From NCBI RefSeq assembly GCF_009914755.1, contig NC_060931.1: 64,000 nt of DNA; one strand, written 5' to 3'. Source of the DNA: the human T2T-CHM13v2.0 reference genome, Homo sapiens. The notes under the pieces are model-generated. The model was not told the DNA's origin. It made no database searches and saw only the letters and a list, made by a program, of their open reading frames with translations. The position numbers and the translations under genes are program-made. Below are positions 1-14,500 of the stretch, one piece after another; the first letter of the stretch is position 1, and each line of letters starts with the position of its first letter.

Positions 1-4
1 ACGG

Positions 5-53
5 GCACACGTATGTGTATGTGCATGTGTGTGTGTGTGCGCGCGCACACACA
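5..53. repeat. Alternating purine-pyrimidine (TG)n(CG)n(CA)n tract, Z-DNA-prone
   Basis: 49 bp of uninterrupted RY alternation; contains a 22-bp perfect palindrome at 32-53. Confidence 0.9.
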
Positions 54-112
54 GGCCTGAGCCTGGGGCTTGCCAGAAAGAGCTGGGAACGAGCTGAAAC
101 TGGCTAGCATAC

Positions 113-415
113 CTGAGGCAGCTGTTACACCGTGGCGCCTGGATTCTTCTCTCAGACTCCAGGCTGGCTCCCCTCCTCCTCCACCTCCTTTTCATAGTCT
201 CTAACTCTCTAACTGCCTTTCTTCTTCCTCCCTGCAACTTGGTCAGAGATTCCCATGGCCTGAGACTCTGGCCTTGTCCTGCCGCCAAACATTCTGGGAC
301 TGGCTGGCTGGGGAAAGAACCCACACTGGTGGGAACATGAAGTCTCAGAAAACAAAACAAAACAAAAAAAACGACCCCAAGAACTCTTATCTGTTTCATC
401 TTTCCTTCCTCCCAT
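113..415 (-). other. Candidate first/5' exon of an unidentified minus-strand transcript (upstream boundary unknown)
   Basis: Minus-strand donor CAG|GTATGC at 113/112; non-repeat, relatively GC-rich sequence; RFX motif just upstream. No transcript evidence available. Confidence 0.3.
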
Positions 416-420
416 TCATT

Positions 421-453
421 CTCTTTCTCTCTCTCTCTCTCTTTCTCTTTCTC
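421..453. repeat. (CT)n low-complexity tract
   Basis: ctctttctctctctctctctctttctctttctc. Confidence 0.85.
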
Positions 454-485
454 ATTTTGATTTTTGTGCTGGAGATTAGCCAGGA

Positions 486-499
486 ATTGCCATGGCAAC
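486..499. promoter_or_regulatory. RFX X-box motif
   Basis: ATTGCCATGGCAAC, 13/14 match to the palindromic X-box GTTGCCATGGCAAC. Confidence 0.55.
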
Positions 500-3400
500 C
501 AGGGAACGTGACAGTTCAAGGCAGATCTGCTCTTGGGTCCTGAAATTTGCTTTATCAACAAGACAGAGTCTATCAACTTGACCTGGGGCTTGCCAAGGCA
601 GTCCAGCCGTTCACAAATAAAAGAGGCAGCCTGTTTAAGGAGCCCATACGAATCTCTCCTTTCCCCGCAGAAGTATGCTGCTCCAGGAGATGCCAAAAGA
701 GCAGGGAGGTTAATAGTAAATAGTTAGAAGAGTTTTTTAAAAAAACATTAGACAACAAGAAACTACTTTTTCAGTTCAATCTGGCCTCTCATAGTTTGAG
801 GTAGTTTTCCATAGGCTGCCACTGGAATTGGATACAATTGGTAGAGCCAACCAGAATGAAATGTTCCCAGGATGAAAAGAATGCCAATGCCAAACCAGCA
901 GGGGAGAAGCAAAGAACCCTAGACCCCTGGAGGCCCTAGTGCCTTTGACAAGGGTAAAAGGTATGTATTGGCAGTGGAAAGGCCAATGATACTAATCCTA
1001 AGAAATAGTCTCTGGTTACATTTCAGGGACTCAAGGCCCACTGACAGAAAAGAGCAATTACTTACAGTCATACTTTTTTTTAATTTGACAAAGAACCCAA
1101 TCATGATGGATTAGGTACATTTAATATCTCAATTAATAAGCCCTCTACAATATTAACATGTCAACTTGGTTCAAGAAATCCACTCCAGTTGATAGTCATC
1201 CAGGAAACGTCTTTCATACCCACATATTAAATTTAATCTGCCACCCCTGTTTTATAAGACTTTGTATTCATCTGCTGAAGAAAAGATGCTTATTTTATCA
1301 TTCCAATTTAACAGCTTGCTTAGCAAAGTTGATAGGTAGGAGTTTAGAAGATATTCGTTGAATGCCTATTTTGTATATTTACAAAAGAGGTAGATTTAAG
1401 GGAGTTACCCAGAAGCAATATTTTTTTGTCCCACTGTTATCCTATTGGTCTTCCTTTCATTCGGCAGATTTATCTGTCATGAAGAATTTAAGTTTCATAT
1501 TTTCCTCTGTCAGTTGTGAAAAGGCCTGTCAGCTGGGGCTTACACTACAGTTTGCCAAAAGGCCTATAGCACACAATGACAATACAATCTTATATTTGTG
1601 CTCCCAGTCTCCAGATAATCCCCCACTTTCCTCCTCTGCAGCCTAGTTATGATCAGGTTTAAGTTGCATATTGTGTTTTTAGCCAGATTTTGCTGATAAA
1701 TGCTATCAGCAAGACTGAAATGAAATACAGCAGGTTAAGCTCTTATTACCAGTGTAAAACATGCCTTGCGAGTTTCGTGTGTGATATAGAGACAGTAGTT
1801 GCATAAAACCATTTAATTCACAGAAACTAAATATAGGAATGTTAATGGCTTTGGCTTTTATCCACTGAATGTTCGAAGATCTTTTATTCATATACCTGAA
1901 AATATAGACCTTTGATTAACATTCTATGGAGATGTGCCTGAGATACCAGGCCATTTGCCACATTGTTTCCAGGGTGGACTCAATTTTGAAAGAAAACTGT
2001 GCAAAGACTTAACATTATTTATCAATACCCTCAAACACAAGAGGATATTGTTTGTACCATTTTTATGTGCCATTTTTATTGTGAGTTCACATATATACCT
2101 AATCTAAGAAAGATTTACATTACCTACACGCCTGCAGAAACTACTTCATTCTAATTAAATAGAAACCATATAAATAAGTGGAGGCCTGAAAACCATTCTT
2201 TGCAGAACCTGCTGAGTCTGCAGCAAAATGTGAAGGACTAGTACATTAGAAAAATGTATCATTGTCTCAGCCAAGGAGAGACAAGGGTTAATCATCATTC
2301 CTAGAACTCTGGAGTGGAACAAAAGCTTGCAGTCTGACACCAAAATAACATCACAATGAAAAGTAAAATTGCTTCTAAGTCTAAATTGCTTCATTTGAAA
2401 ATTGTAGTGATACTGAGAACAATTATGTCACTTAAACTTTTACAGTTTTGTTTTTATAAATCAGTTATAAAACTATCATGTGGTTTAAATGCAATTATTT
2501 AATAAGGGCATTTGTAATTGTCCAACATAATCAATTATGCTTCAATCAGGCTCTTCTCTGAGACTGTATTTTTGTTAGCATCTAAGTCTTTCTTATGATA
2601 ATACACACTTTTTGAAACAGCCAAATAAAAATCATTGTTTTCCAGAAAAGTTCTTCCCTCACCCTTGGTTGTAAAGCATTTCCCCACTGCAAAACGAAAC
2701 TCAGAATTCTTTTTTGCCCCTTGTCTTAGAAACTAAACATCTACTCAAAGCATGAGAAGGGAAAACATATTGTTAAATAATAGGGGAAGTAAAAGTTGGC
2801 TCTTCAAGAGTCATGATAGTGTTGTCAAGTATGTTTTTCGAGCTGAGACAGGGGCTGGAGCCTGGGGAGCATGGAGTGGTGCCCACGAGTTACTCAGCAG
2901 GAGCCATGACAATGTTGGTACCACAAGTCACAGGTCATGACTTTGATTTTCTAAGAAGGAGGAGGATTAATTATGGGCTGAGTGTAGGGACACTCAGGCC
3001 TCCCAGAGACTATAGGATTTTAGTTGCTGTGTTGTGCAATTTGTGGGCTATTTGGTCCACTTTGGACAGCCTAGAGAACTATGTTTTCCCTCCAGATTTT
3101 AACTGAAGTCTCCGCTACTGCCTTATCCCTGTGTTTTGCCTGGTTTATCCTGATAGTCTGATCTCTATACCCACCAGCATGACTAAGAGGCTTCTCGTGG
3201 AGTTGGGCTCTCAGCTTCTACTTCCTCTCTCCCCACCCTTTTTCTCTTCTGTGAATAGACTCTTCCTTACTTTGACCTCTCTTTTGCTAAAGATTCTCAC
3301 CACTTTATGGATGATATCAACCCTCTTCTCTCTCTGCTGTGCATCCTGTCATAAAAGATGATGCTCCTACTTAAAAGCGTTCCCTCATTTCAGATCTTTC

Positions 3401-3529
3401 TTCAAGGGAATGGGTGAGTCCTGCCAGTGACTACAAGAGGTTTATCTTCAGCCACACAGATTCAGCATAAACTGGAACCGAGATCCCCACAAAGGCTTCA
3501 CCATACAGGAGACAGTGAGTTTGTTGTTT

Positions 3530-4094
3530 TGAAACCCAAATCTGCTAGTATATCTTCCTAGCTTAAAATCAGCTCATAGCATTCCCTCATTTTAGGGTGT
3601 AAGTCAAATGTCCTGCATTCTCTAACCCATCTAGTTCTAGTTCTCAAGTTTTTCTCACATGTTCCTTTCCATCACTCTTTGTTCCAGCCACATGGGCCTT
3701 CTCTCTAAATCATCTACTTCCTCCTCCAGCTCAAGGCCTGTCTGCTTGCTGTTCCCTCTGCTTCTGAGGCTTTCAGCCCAGCCCAGCCCAGACCTCATAT
3801 TTCTTATTAGGCCAAGTCTTACTCATTCCTCTTTCCCCTTTCAGACCAAGTATGACTATGGGAAAACCAACACTGATACCCTGAGTCAAGCAGGTTCTCC
3901 CTGTTCTATGCTCTTACAGATGATGGACCTTTCCTTCAAATTATTCATTACTCTTGCAATGTTATATTTCTTTATTCTATTATTTGATTATTATCCCATT
4001 CCAATGGTCCTTTCTTGAGAATGGGGATTTTATCTTTGCTTTTCCTTATCTCTGTACACTATAGATACTCGGTTTTTATCTGTTGAATGAAGGA
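3530..4094 (+). mobile_element. L2 LINE 3' fragment
   Basis: ccagccacatgggccttc...gcttgctgttccctctgc motif and terminal tgttgaatgaa. Confidence 0.7.
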
Positions 4095-4184
4095 ACTCTT
4101 TGGAGTTCATAGAAATTTTGTCCCAAAAAACACGGCAAGCAAATTTCCTAAACCTGGGTCAAGCATAAGGTTTTGAGAGCACCC

Positions 4185-4360
4185 TCGTATGTGTTCATGG
4201 AGAAATATACAATGACAAATTGAAAACAGCCTAACCATCAAAGAAGAACACATAAATAAATTGCACTATGTTCATAACATAACACCATGCAGCAGTTAAA
4301 ATTAATGAATTAGGGCCATATGCATGCACCTGGCTAAATCCTCAAAGCACATACATAAAA
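4185..4360 (+). mobile_element. L1ME-type 3' fragment
   Basis: atgcagcagttaaaattaatgaa...tggctaaatcctcaaa, typical of old L1 3' UTR. Confidence 0.5.
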
Positions 4361-5169
4361 TGTGGCCATAATACAAAATATATATGTTGGTTTATTTTGC
4401 CTAGAATCCATGTAAGGAGTAGTCAGAAATACAATGGTAATACAGGTATATATAAAGACCGGGGACGAAATCTAGGAAAAGTGGGAATATGAGGCCATCA
4501 AAGTTCTTTCCCTCCTTTCCATGTCATTCCCCAGCCAGATTACAGCAGGAGGAGTATAATCAATCTCTGCCTTTTTTGTCCACATCTCTACTATTTATCT
4601 TCTGGGGCAGTTCTTAATTGTACTTGGAAACCAATGCATTTCAACAGGGTAAAAATTAGAGAATCATTTATAAATGCAAAATGTAAAAGGAAATAAACTA
4701 GAGAATAATAATAATATAGAAGAAAATCAATAATCAATATAAAAAATGTTGAATTTAGTTCCTATTTTGAAATATTCTATGAAACTAAGTTGGAAAAACA
4801 AAACAAACAAAATCAAAGAAGATTTAGAATATCCCAGAGGCCTAACAGAAAGTTGAAAGTTAAGTAAAATAGGTAAGAATTTTCCAAGACCCTGCCCTTG
4901 ACTCTAGACAGGGAGACATTAGGTATAGAAATGTCTAATGCATATGGCCTTACACATAGTGTAAGCTGCCTCCTTTTTGTGTGTGTATAGAATTGGAAAG
5001 TTTTAGACAGCACTCTTTCCTAAAATATTTCCCTTACTCATTTTGCTATAATGCCTTCATATCCACTTTCCTTATTGATTTTGAGTAAATGCACTGAAGA
5101 GTCCTCCAAAAACCACAGAATTTTAGAATAACAGAAAGGCCTTTTTTTATTTTTTATTTTTTTATTTTT

Positions 5170-5305
5170 TTGATTAGATAAGGAAACTGATGCTTGAAAG
5201 TTAAGGTAACTTTGGAAAGCCACCCGCTGTAGCCCAGCAGTCTGGGAACCAGAACCCAGAAATCCTCATTCCTGTCCCATCGTTCTGCCCAGCACTCCAC
5301 ACTGT
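5170..5305 (-). mobile_element. MIR SINE
   Basis: agataaggaaactgatgc core in antisense orientation. Confidence 0.55.
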
Positions 5306-5435
5306 AATGTTATTATCTGGGGGCCATTGAGTTAAGCCTGTACCCTTTGTCAATGCTATGGATTGCATTCATTTGGCTGGGCAGTCACCCAGCTGGTACC
5401 TGAGTGGAAAAGAAAATATAAAATCCGATGAGGAG

Positions 5436-5824
5436 TGGTGTACACATACAATGGAATACTATTCAGCCTTAAAAAGAATGAAATTCTGATGCATGGTACA
5501 ACACGAATGAACCTTGATGACATTATGCTAAGCCAGATACAAAAGGACAATATTGTATGATTCCACTGATATGAGGTACCCACAGGAATCACATTCATAG
5601 GGACAGGAAGTTGGATGGTAGTTGTCAGGGGTTGGAGGATGGCAGCATGGAGAATTAGTGTTTAATTGGAACAGAGTTTCAGTTTGGAAGAGGAAAATGT
5701 TCTAGAGATGAATGGCGATAATGGTTGCACAAGGTGATTTTACTTAATGCCACTGAGCTATGCACTTAAAATGGTTAAAATGTTAAGTTTTATGTTATGC
5801 ATGTTTTACTACCATTTTTTAAAG
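5436..5824 (+). mobile_element. L1MB-type 3' end, 5'-truncated
   Basis: caatggaatactattcagccttaaaaag...cacttaaaatggttaaaatg; TSD aaaatc(c/a)gatgaggag at 5420-5435 and 5825-5840 (15/16). Confidence 0.85.
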
Positions 5825-5974
5825 AAAATCAGATGAGGAGCCATGAATTATGAATTCCAGCCGAGGAAAGCACACTTGGTGGGAATTCTAGGCATCTAGA
5901 AGGCACTGGGAAAATATTAAGTGCTTAAGGTAGGTGGGAAGAGGGCAAAGGGAGGAAGTGAGAAAGGTCTAGAC

Positions 5975-6155
5975 CAGCATAGTCCACTGAGACTTTCTGC
6001 CATGGTGGAGATGGTCTACATCTGTGCTGTGCAGTATGGCAGCCAGGAGCCACTAACCACAAGTGGCTACTGAGCATATGAAATGTGGCTCATGAGCTAA
6101 GGAACTGAATCTTTAACTTAATTTGATTTAACTAACTTACATTTAAATAGCACGG
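5975..6155. mobile_element. MER3 hAT-Charlie DNA transposon with a deletion near the right end
   Basis: gtggctactgagcatatgaaatgtggct core; perfect 8-bp TSD GTCTAGAC at 5967-5974 and 6156-6163. Confidence 0.85.
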
Positions 6156-6344
6156 GTCTAGACTTCCTATTGTTGGTGATTTCAGTAAAAGTACTTGTAT
6201 TTCTGCTTCTTTTGGCTCACTTTTTATAAATTCAAGCACTGTTCACTCATTCCTTCAGTTACCGTTAGGAGGTATAATGCATCTCTTGTGTGCTAGACTC
6301 TTGCTAAGCAATTGGGGTAATAGTGAGCAACGGGAATGCTCTAC

Positions 6345-6965
6345 ACTGCTGGTAGGAGTATCAATAAGTATAAGCCCTGCAAGAAACAAGGTGACGGTAT
6401 GTCTTGAGGTGAAAGACATACCTTTCACTCACAGCTTGTATACCCTAGAGAAACCCTCATAGCTGCTCAAGGAAGCATGGACATGCAAAATCAGAAAAGG
6501 CTTATCAACCTATGAAAGAAGAGATAAATTGGGCTTATGCTCATAAAAAATATTATGCAGTAGTTAAAATTAATGAATGAGTGCCACATCTACCTATGTG
6601 GCTAAATTCCAAAAACACAATAGTGAACAAAAAGAAAACTTCAATTGCAGGAGGATACACACAGGATGATATCATTATCACTTTTAAAAACTTCTAAAAA
6701 AAACCCTGCATTATTGTTTATGGATACATCTGTATGTAATAAATGTCAAAACACACATGGGTGAAGTGACAGCACATCCAGGGTAGTGGATACTTCTGGC
6801 AAGAGAGGGAATGGAATGGGAAAAGGTACACAGAGGTCTTCAATCCAACTGTAGTATTCTGTTATTAAAAAACATCTTTTTATATGACAAAACCAGAAGG
6901 TGGATCCATTGGTGTTCATTATATTATTCGCTATACTTTTATGAATAGCTAAAATACTTCACGAT
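6345..6965 (+). mobile_element. L1ME-type 3' fragment
   Basis: tacactgctggtaggagtat...atgcagtagttaaaattaatgaa...gttcattatattattc. Confidence 0.65.
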
Positions 6966-7352
6966 AAAGAGGATGCAAATGAAATGGCCCTCCTGTTAAG
7001 AAGCACTCAGATTATAGGGGCATCATAAGTACAATAAAAATGGCCATAATATGTTAAAAGTGTTAATAGGGGCATGAGGTGTATGAGGTGGGAGAGAAAA
7101 CAGAGGAAGATGGAACTAACTCTGTCTCAAAGAGTCAAGAGGAGTCAAGAAGACTTCACCTGGTAGTTACACTCAAGTTCATTTTCTGAGGATATGTAGT
7201 TTAGTTGGGGGAAAACAGGAATATTTATTGGAGGCTACAAAGACAGTTTGTAGAAAGAGTGAGAGACTTCACTGGAGTCTAGAGCTGTCAGGGTAGAGGG
7301 AATGGCTGATGAAACCGATTGGAGTTGACTCAGGCTGTGTTCTCCCATCCAA

Positions 7353-7398
7353 ACGTGCATGCGCGTGCACACATGCGCACGTGTGTGTGTGTGTGTGT
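7353..7398. repeat. Alternating purine-pyrimidine/(GT)n tract
   Basis: acgtgcatgcgcgtgcacacatgcgcac(gt)9. Confidence 0.85.
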
Positions 7399-8094
7399 CA
7401 GGGATGTGAGGGGGTAAAGTAAGAGGGGAGAATGAATGAGAACACAGCTAGGGAGACCCATGCTCTTATAATTTTCCCAGTGACAGGTCATGAGAGCCTG
7501 GAATGTGATGACAGCAGTGATGTGGAAGGGGCAGGAGTGGGAGGTATCCAGGAAGACTCTATGGGACTTGATGACTGTGGGACTAGAAGAGGTTCCTATC
7601 TTGAACAACTTTGGCTGATGATGACACTGACCTAGTCAGTAATATGGAAGATGGAGAAGAAGCAAGGTTTCCCCAACCTTAGAGTGAAAGGAGGAAAGGT
7701 GAGAAGATAATGAGTTTGATTTGGGATTTGTTAGCTTTGAAACCTCTCCAGGTAGAAATGTCAAGAAGGGAGCCATGGGAAGAAGCAGCATAGAGATAAT
7801 GACTGGAGTGGATAACACAGGCAAAAGGCAGTCTGTAAAATGAGAAAAGAAGATTTCACTGGACAGCTAAGAAGGTGGATCATCACACTGTAGGCACGCT
7901 AAGCTCTTCCTCCCAGAGACAGGTCATGTTTTGGCAGAAGAATCTGAAGACTTCTAATTCAACAGCAATAAAGAGAACTGAACAAAGGAATCATGCCCTA
8001 GGGTTTGGCATCTGGCCTTAGCAAACTAGTGTAGCAATGAAAGCACCAACTTTATAGTTAAACTGACGTACATTAAATGCATTTGCCATTAAAC

Positions 8095-8240
8095 TTTCAT
8101 TCCCCACTTACTAGGTGTAAACTTGGGCAAGTCACCAAACCACTCTGAGCCTCAGTTTCTTTTTCTGGCAATGGGGATGATACCTTACAAGCTTGTGGTG
8201 AGGACAAAGTTGAATAATGTAGGTAAAATATTGAATACAT
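8095..8240 (+). mobile_element. MIR SINE
   Basis: cttgggcaagtcacc...ctctgagcctcagtttc core. Confidence 0.85.
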
Positions 8241-9665
8241 ATTAAGTCCCTTCTCCTTTTCTTAGCTCTTACCATTGCGAATGCCTACACTTGTCTGATA
8301 ACATTTTATTTAACTAATTACTTTTTCCTCAAAATACAAAGTACTACTGACCATAGAAGTTGTTGATTACTTGAAACCAGGGGCCATATCTTACATGTTG
8401 ATCAGTCAGGTACGTACTGAACGTTACTATTTTCCTAACAAGTCATAGACTACCAATAACATGTAGCACCATGCTAGGTACATTGTCGGTGAGCAATAAA
8501 TAAATAAATGGCTTCTGAATTGAAGTGTACTGTAGTACAGCCAATAAAAATAAGCATAAAATGTTTTATGATTCAGCTTCATATGTAATCATTTGGTAAC
8601 AACCTTGTTAAGCCCAAAAACATGCATAGGCAATAAGTATATCATTTTATAAGGAAAGGAAAATAGAGGTTATTTGTTCAAGTTCACAGAAAAAAATTAC
8701 CTCAGGGCCAGAAATAGACAGCAGTGAATCTAATGGTCAGTAAACATGGGGAAATCTCCCAGTAGGGTTTCAGTTATGGGCCCAGTGAGACATGAACAAA
8801 CAATCCCTTAGGATTTCTAATGCAAAAGAACAAATATAAAAATAGAAGGCTGCCTTTCATGTAGTCAGTACCAAGTTCTCCAACCAGATTCTACACAGCA
8901 ACTGGAGGACAGGGCCTCAGATCAAGGAAGAAGTGGGATTGGTTTGGAGGGATCCTATCTGGACTCAAGGAAAGTGACAATACAAATTATGGGATGGATC
9001 TACATCCTCGAGGTACGTTTTTATATCTGTGCAGAAAAGTAAGCTGATAGCATAAAGGGTCACCAAATAGGAAAGGAGATATGGTTTAATTTTTATCTTT
9101 GTGACTTGCTGCTTACATTCATTATGGAAAAAATAGGGTTTAAGTCAGAGTTTAAGGTGGGCCAAGACTTCCCACCTTAGGGTTTAAGAAGCTTTGCCGG
9201 TTCAGAAGTGAAGCTGGTGTATTGGTGAAAAGCAACCAAACAGAAGGAAAAGTGAGAAGACAAAGTAGAAAAGGAGAGAGAGGTGGTCAACCGGGACAGA
9301 ATTTGAGTCAGAGATATCTGTGGTATGTTCAGGTCAGAAGTTAAAATAAGAATAAAGTTAGAGACTCGTTTCTGGAGTAGACAGACTTGGGGGAAAAGAG
9401 TCCCAGAACTCTCCCCATTCATAAAATGCATCTATTATAAATACATATACACAGAAGATGTCCTCTATAATATTATTTCTACTTCTGAAAAAAATCTGTG
9501 GCTCTTTTGATCTGAGATACGGAGGTGCTGGTGGGGGTTTGAGGGATGGCAGGACAGACAATTATGTAATCAGCAAGCTGAGGTCAAAACCTGGAAAGTC
9601 AAGATGTCAGTGAGAGGCAGCAGGAGGAATTTCTCCCAGAAAACAGATAGCACAAGTAGTCTTTT

Positions 9666-10106
9666 TGTATTGTGGGTAAATTTTGTTCCCTAGAATACGT
9701 TCAAGTCCTAAACCCCAGTACCTCTGAATGTGACTGTATTTGGAAATAGGGTATTTGCTGATGTAATTAACTTAAGATGAGGTAATAATGGATTAGGGCT
9801 TTTAAGGTATCCTTATAAGAAGAAGCGTGAAACTTGGACACATTGATATACCCAAGGATAAAGTTCACGTGAAGATGGAGGCAGAGGCTGGAATATGTGG
9901 CTTCAAAGAACACTCCCGGCCAGCAATCACCAGAAGCTGAGAAGAGCAAAGAAAGATTCATCCCTAGAACCTGGTGAGGACACATGGCATTTCCAAAACC
10001 ATGATATTGAACCTCTAGACTACAGAACTGTAAGGGAATAAATTTCTGCTGTTTTAAACCAACCAGATTGTGGGTACTTCGTTATGGCAGCACTAGGAAC
10101 CCAACA
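9666..10106 (+). mobile_element. MLT1 (B/C-like) MaLR solo LTR
   Basis: ccccagtacctctgaatgtgactgtatttggaaataggg; aataaatttctgctgttttaa; TG...CA ends. Confidence 0.85.
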
Positions 10107-10569
10107 TGCCTTGCTGTCTGAAGGACTTTCAGCTGTGTGGTTGCCAGGTTTATGAGTCAACTGAGAAGCAGATTTTCACAGTCCGTATCCTCAATCCATG
10201 TCCCTGGCATGACACTCCCCTCAAGCCTCAACCCTCGATCCCACCAGGCCACGCATCCCCTAGTGGAGCCAGGTTTGGTGAGAGCGCTGGTCCTCAGAGA
10301 GTCTAGCATGACCAGAGAGTTCAGGCCTGGCCTTCTGGAACACATCTTTTCTGGGTTCTAAGGGCCAAAATTTTTCTCCTTCAGAGCCAAGGGCCCACAA
10401 ATACCTGCACTTCAAATTCTTTTATAGCTTACTAGAGTAAGAGAAGGGTATGGTGTTTGGCCAATTAGAAGAGTAAGCATTTAAGTAAGTAGTAGGTGTT
10501 TTAAATCTAGGGAAACCTCTGGAGCAGTGACGGCATTTTACAGTCACTGAGACCTTAATGAACACCAAT

Positions 10570-10660
10570 GTCTAGATTGCACCTGCATAAATTGGGTACA
10601 GATGCAGGTATTAGTATTTTTTTAAAGCTGCCAGTATGCAGTCAAGTTGAAAGCTTGAAC
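10570..10660. mobile_element. MER5-like DNA transposon fragment
   Basis: tagtattttttttaaagct...atgcagtcaagttgaaa. Confidence 0.35.
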
Positions 10661-10819
10661 TAGGTGCTGGTCTGGGCGATAAGGAGTCTATCGTGGGTCC
10701 ACCCAGCTGTAAGATCATGTAGAAGGAAAGTTATTAAGTTATTAGATAGAAAATTACACCTGGTTTCTGATTGTCAAGGTTCTCTCAGAGGTACCTTTTG
10801 TGTTTTAAAACTAACATCC

Positions 10820-11920
<1,101 letters not shown>

Positions 11921-12207
11921 GAAAACAAGGAAATAAATAAATGTATTTGTCATCTGGAAGAATAACTGAAATTCAATCCATGAACTTGGTTTCCTAAAAG
12001 GGCAATAAGAGGTGGAGAAGTGTAGGGGTAGGGAAGCATTTAGGGAGAGAATATTTTGCTTGGAGGGAGAGATGATATTGGTTTATCAAATTAACCTAAG
12101 GAAGAAAGTAATAATAGTTATTCTGTTGTCAAGAGGTAACACTAGTGGGCATTGGGGCGGAAGATATTTGGTTTATCTACTTGCTCTGGCAGAAATCAGT
12201 TGGGTTT

Positions 12208-12603
12208 GGATATGGTTTAGATCTATATTTTTACCCAAATCTCATGTTCAATTGTAATCCTCAGTGTTGGAGGTGGGGCCTGGTGAGAGGTGATTGATCC
12301 TGGGGGCAGTTTCTAATGGTTTAACACCATCCGCCTGGGTGCTGTTCTCATGATATTGAGTGAGTTCTCACGAGATCTGGTTGTTTAAAAGTGTGTCACA
12401 CCTCTCCACTTTCCTCCTGCTCCAGTCATATAAGACATGCCTGCTTCCCCTTCGCCTTCTGCCATGATTGAAAGTTTCCCGAGGCCTCCTCAGCCATGCT
12501 TCCTGTACAGCCTGTGGAACCATGAGCCAATTAAACCTCTTTTTTTAATAAATCACCCAGTCTCAGACATTTCTTTATAGCAATGCAGGAACAGATTAAT
12601 GCA
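12208..12603 (+). mobile_element. MSTA-like MaLR solo LTR
   Basis: gatatggttt...cccaaatctcatgtt; gagatctggttgtttaaaagtgtgt; gagccaattaaacctct. Confidence 0.9.
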
Positions 12604-12815
12604 GTTTTGTTTTAGTTTTTCAAAATGGGTCTATAAGTTGGGACTCTCCTCATTCTACCAGAATATTTTATTGCATAACCCTATCATACCAAGGAATACA
12701 CACCTTCGTAAAAATAGAAGATGTTCTTATAAATATTCAAGTAATTATGGTTACCTGAGATCACGCATAGCATGGTGCGAAATAAACTATTTAGTGAATG
12801 CATTAAAACCTGTTT

Positions 12816-13446
<631 letters not shown>

Positions 13447-14019
13447 GCAACAAACAAACAAAAACCTGTTTAAACACCCAAAAGAGAAGTATCATTGAAT
13501 TAGCTAGTTCGGGGTAACTGAAAAGAAGCCATTTTGATAATAAAAAGTCTGTGATGATGGTGGTCTGTTGTCACTAGATGTCTGATAGAAATTGAAGAAG
13601 ATCTGAATTCTCATTGTCCCATATACCTTTACTTTGAAGCCCTTACCACAATGCTGCATTTACAAGTGTAAGTTGTATTTGATTAATATATGTGTTCCTG
13701 ACTCTATGATATATCAAGATGAGGACTTAGGTCAGGTTTTGCTCATTCATCTTCAGTTTTTAATATGGTATCCTGTATATTATAAACTCTCCAGAACTAT
13801 TTGTCAAATGAATGTGCTGAGTAAATAGTTCAGTCCTTTAAACACTGCCTTTGGATAGATTATAGAATGAAGTTGTCCCCTGATCTTACAGCATCTTACA
13901 GACCTATTCCTGATCCAAGAAGCCCTTGGAATCTTTTCTCCATTCTCTGCCTCATCTGTGCTACTCACATTGTCCTAGATAGTAGAACTTACGAAAGACA
14001 CAAAATTATTGATTGCAGA

Positions 14020-14500
14020 AGCTTGAGAGGTACAGGATCTAAAAGTACAATTACGCAAGGTTGAGGAGCAGCATATTCAACACCCACTAGACAGACTATT
14101 AAGCTATTTGGTGGACGTAAACATGGAATGGTTCATATCAGCTTCTAATATGATCTCAGTTGCCAAAAATGCCTTTTTCCTGGTCATTTTTCTATTATTC
14201 AAGAATGTATGATTAAAAAAGAACTTACAAGATTTAAACTGGGTTAGATTAAGTGGTAAGACTGCCCATGCTATAATGTTAGAACTATCAACATTTACCA
14301 AGAATAAGGTGGAGAAGGAATGAGCCAGAGGCAAACAGGTTATTTAAAGGTCTTCGGATGTTGCCAGCCTTGGACTACCAAAAAAAGTTGTAATTCTGAT
14401 GCTGAGGAATGCCGTCATAATGGAGAAGTAGGACAAAAACTGTTTGAGTTAATCAATGAGTCCAGAATGTGCTGCACCACTTTAGGCCTTAAGTCATTGG
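14020..14500 (+). mobile_element. Possible highly degraded CR1/L3 fragment
   Basis: Weak similarity only (atgatctcagttgccaaaaatgc). Confidence 0.25.

Larger units (their letters stand above)
6240..7860 (-). mobile_element. L2 LINE, interrupted by an L1ME fragment and a microsatellite
   Basis: Antisense L2 tail ttcactcattccttca and purine-rich body (gagtttgatttgggatttgttagctttga). Confidence 0.6.

Noticed and set aside
4287-6620. Similarity between ~4287-4350 and ~6555-6620 as a local duplication
   Set aside because: Explained by two copies of a related L1ME 3' UTR.
9153-9179. 9-bp-arm hairpin taaggtggg/cccacctta
   Set aside because: Expected by chance at this arm and loop length.
8690-9660. 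Possible ancient LTR element
   Set aside because: The composition is suggestive but I cannot match it to a family.
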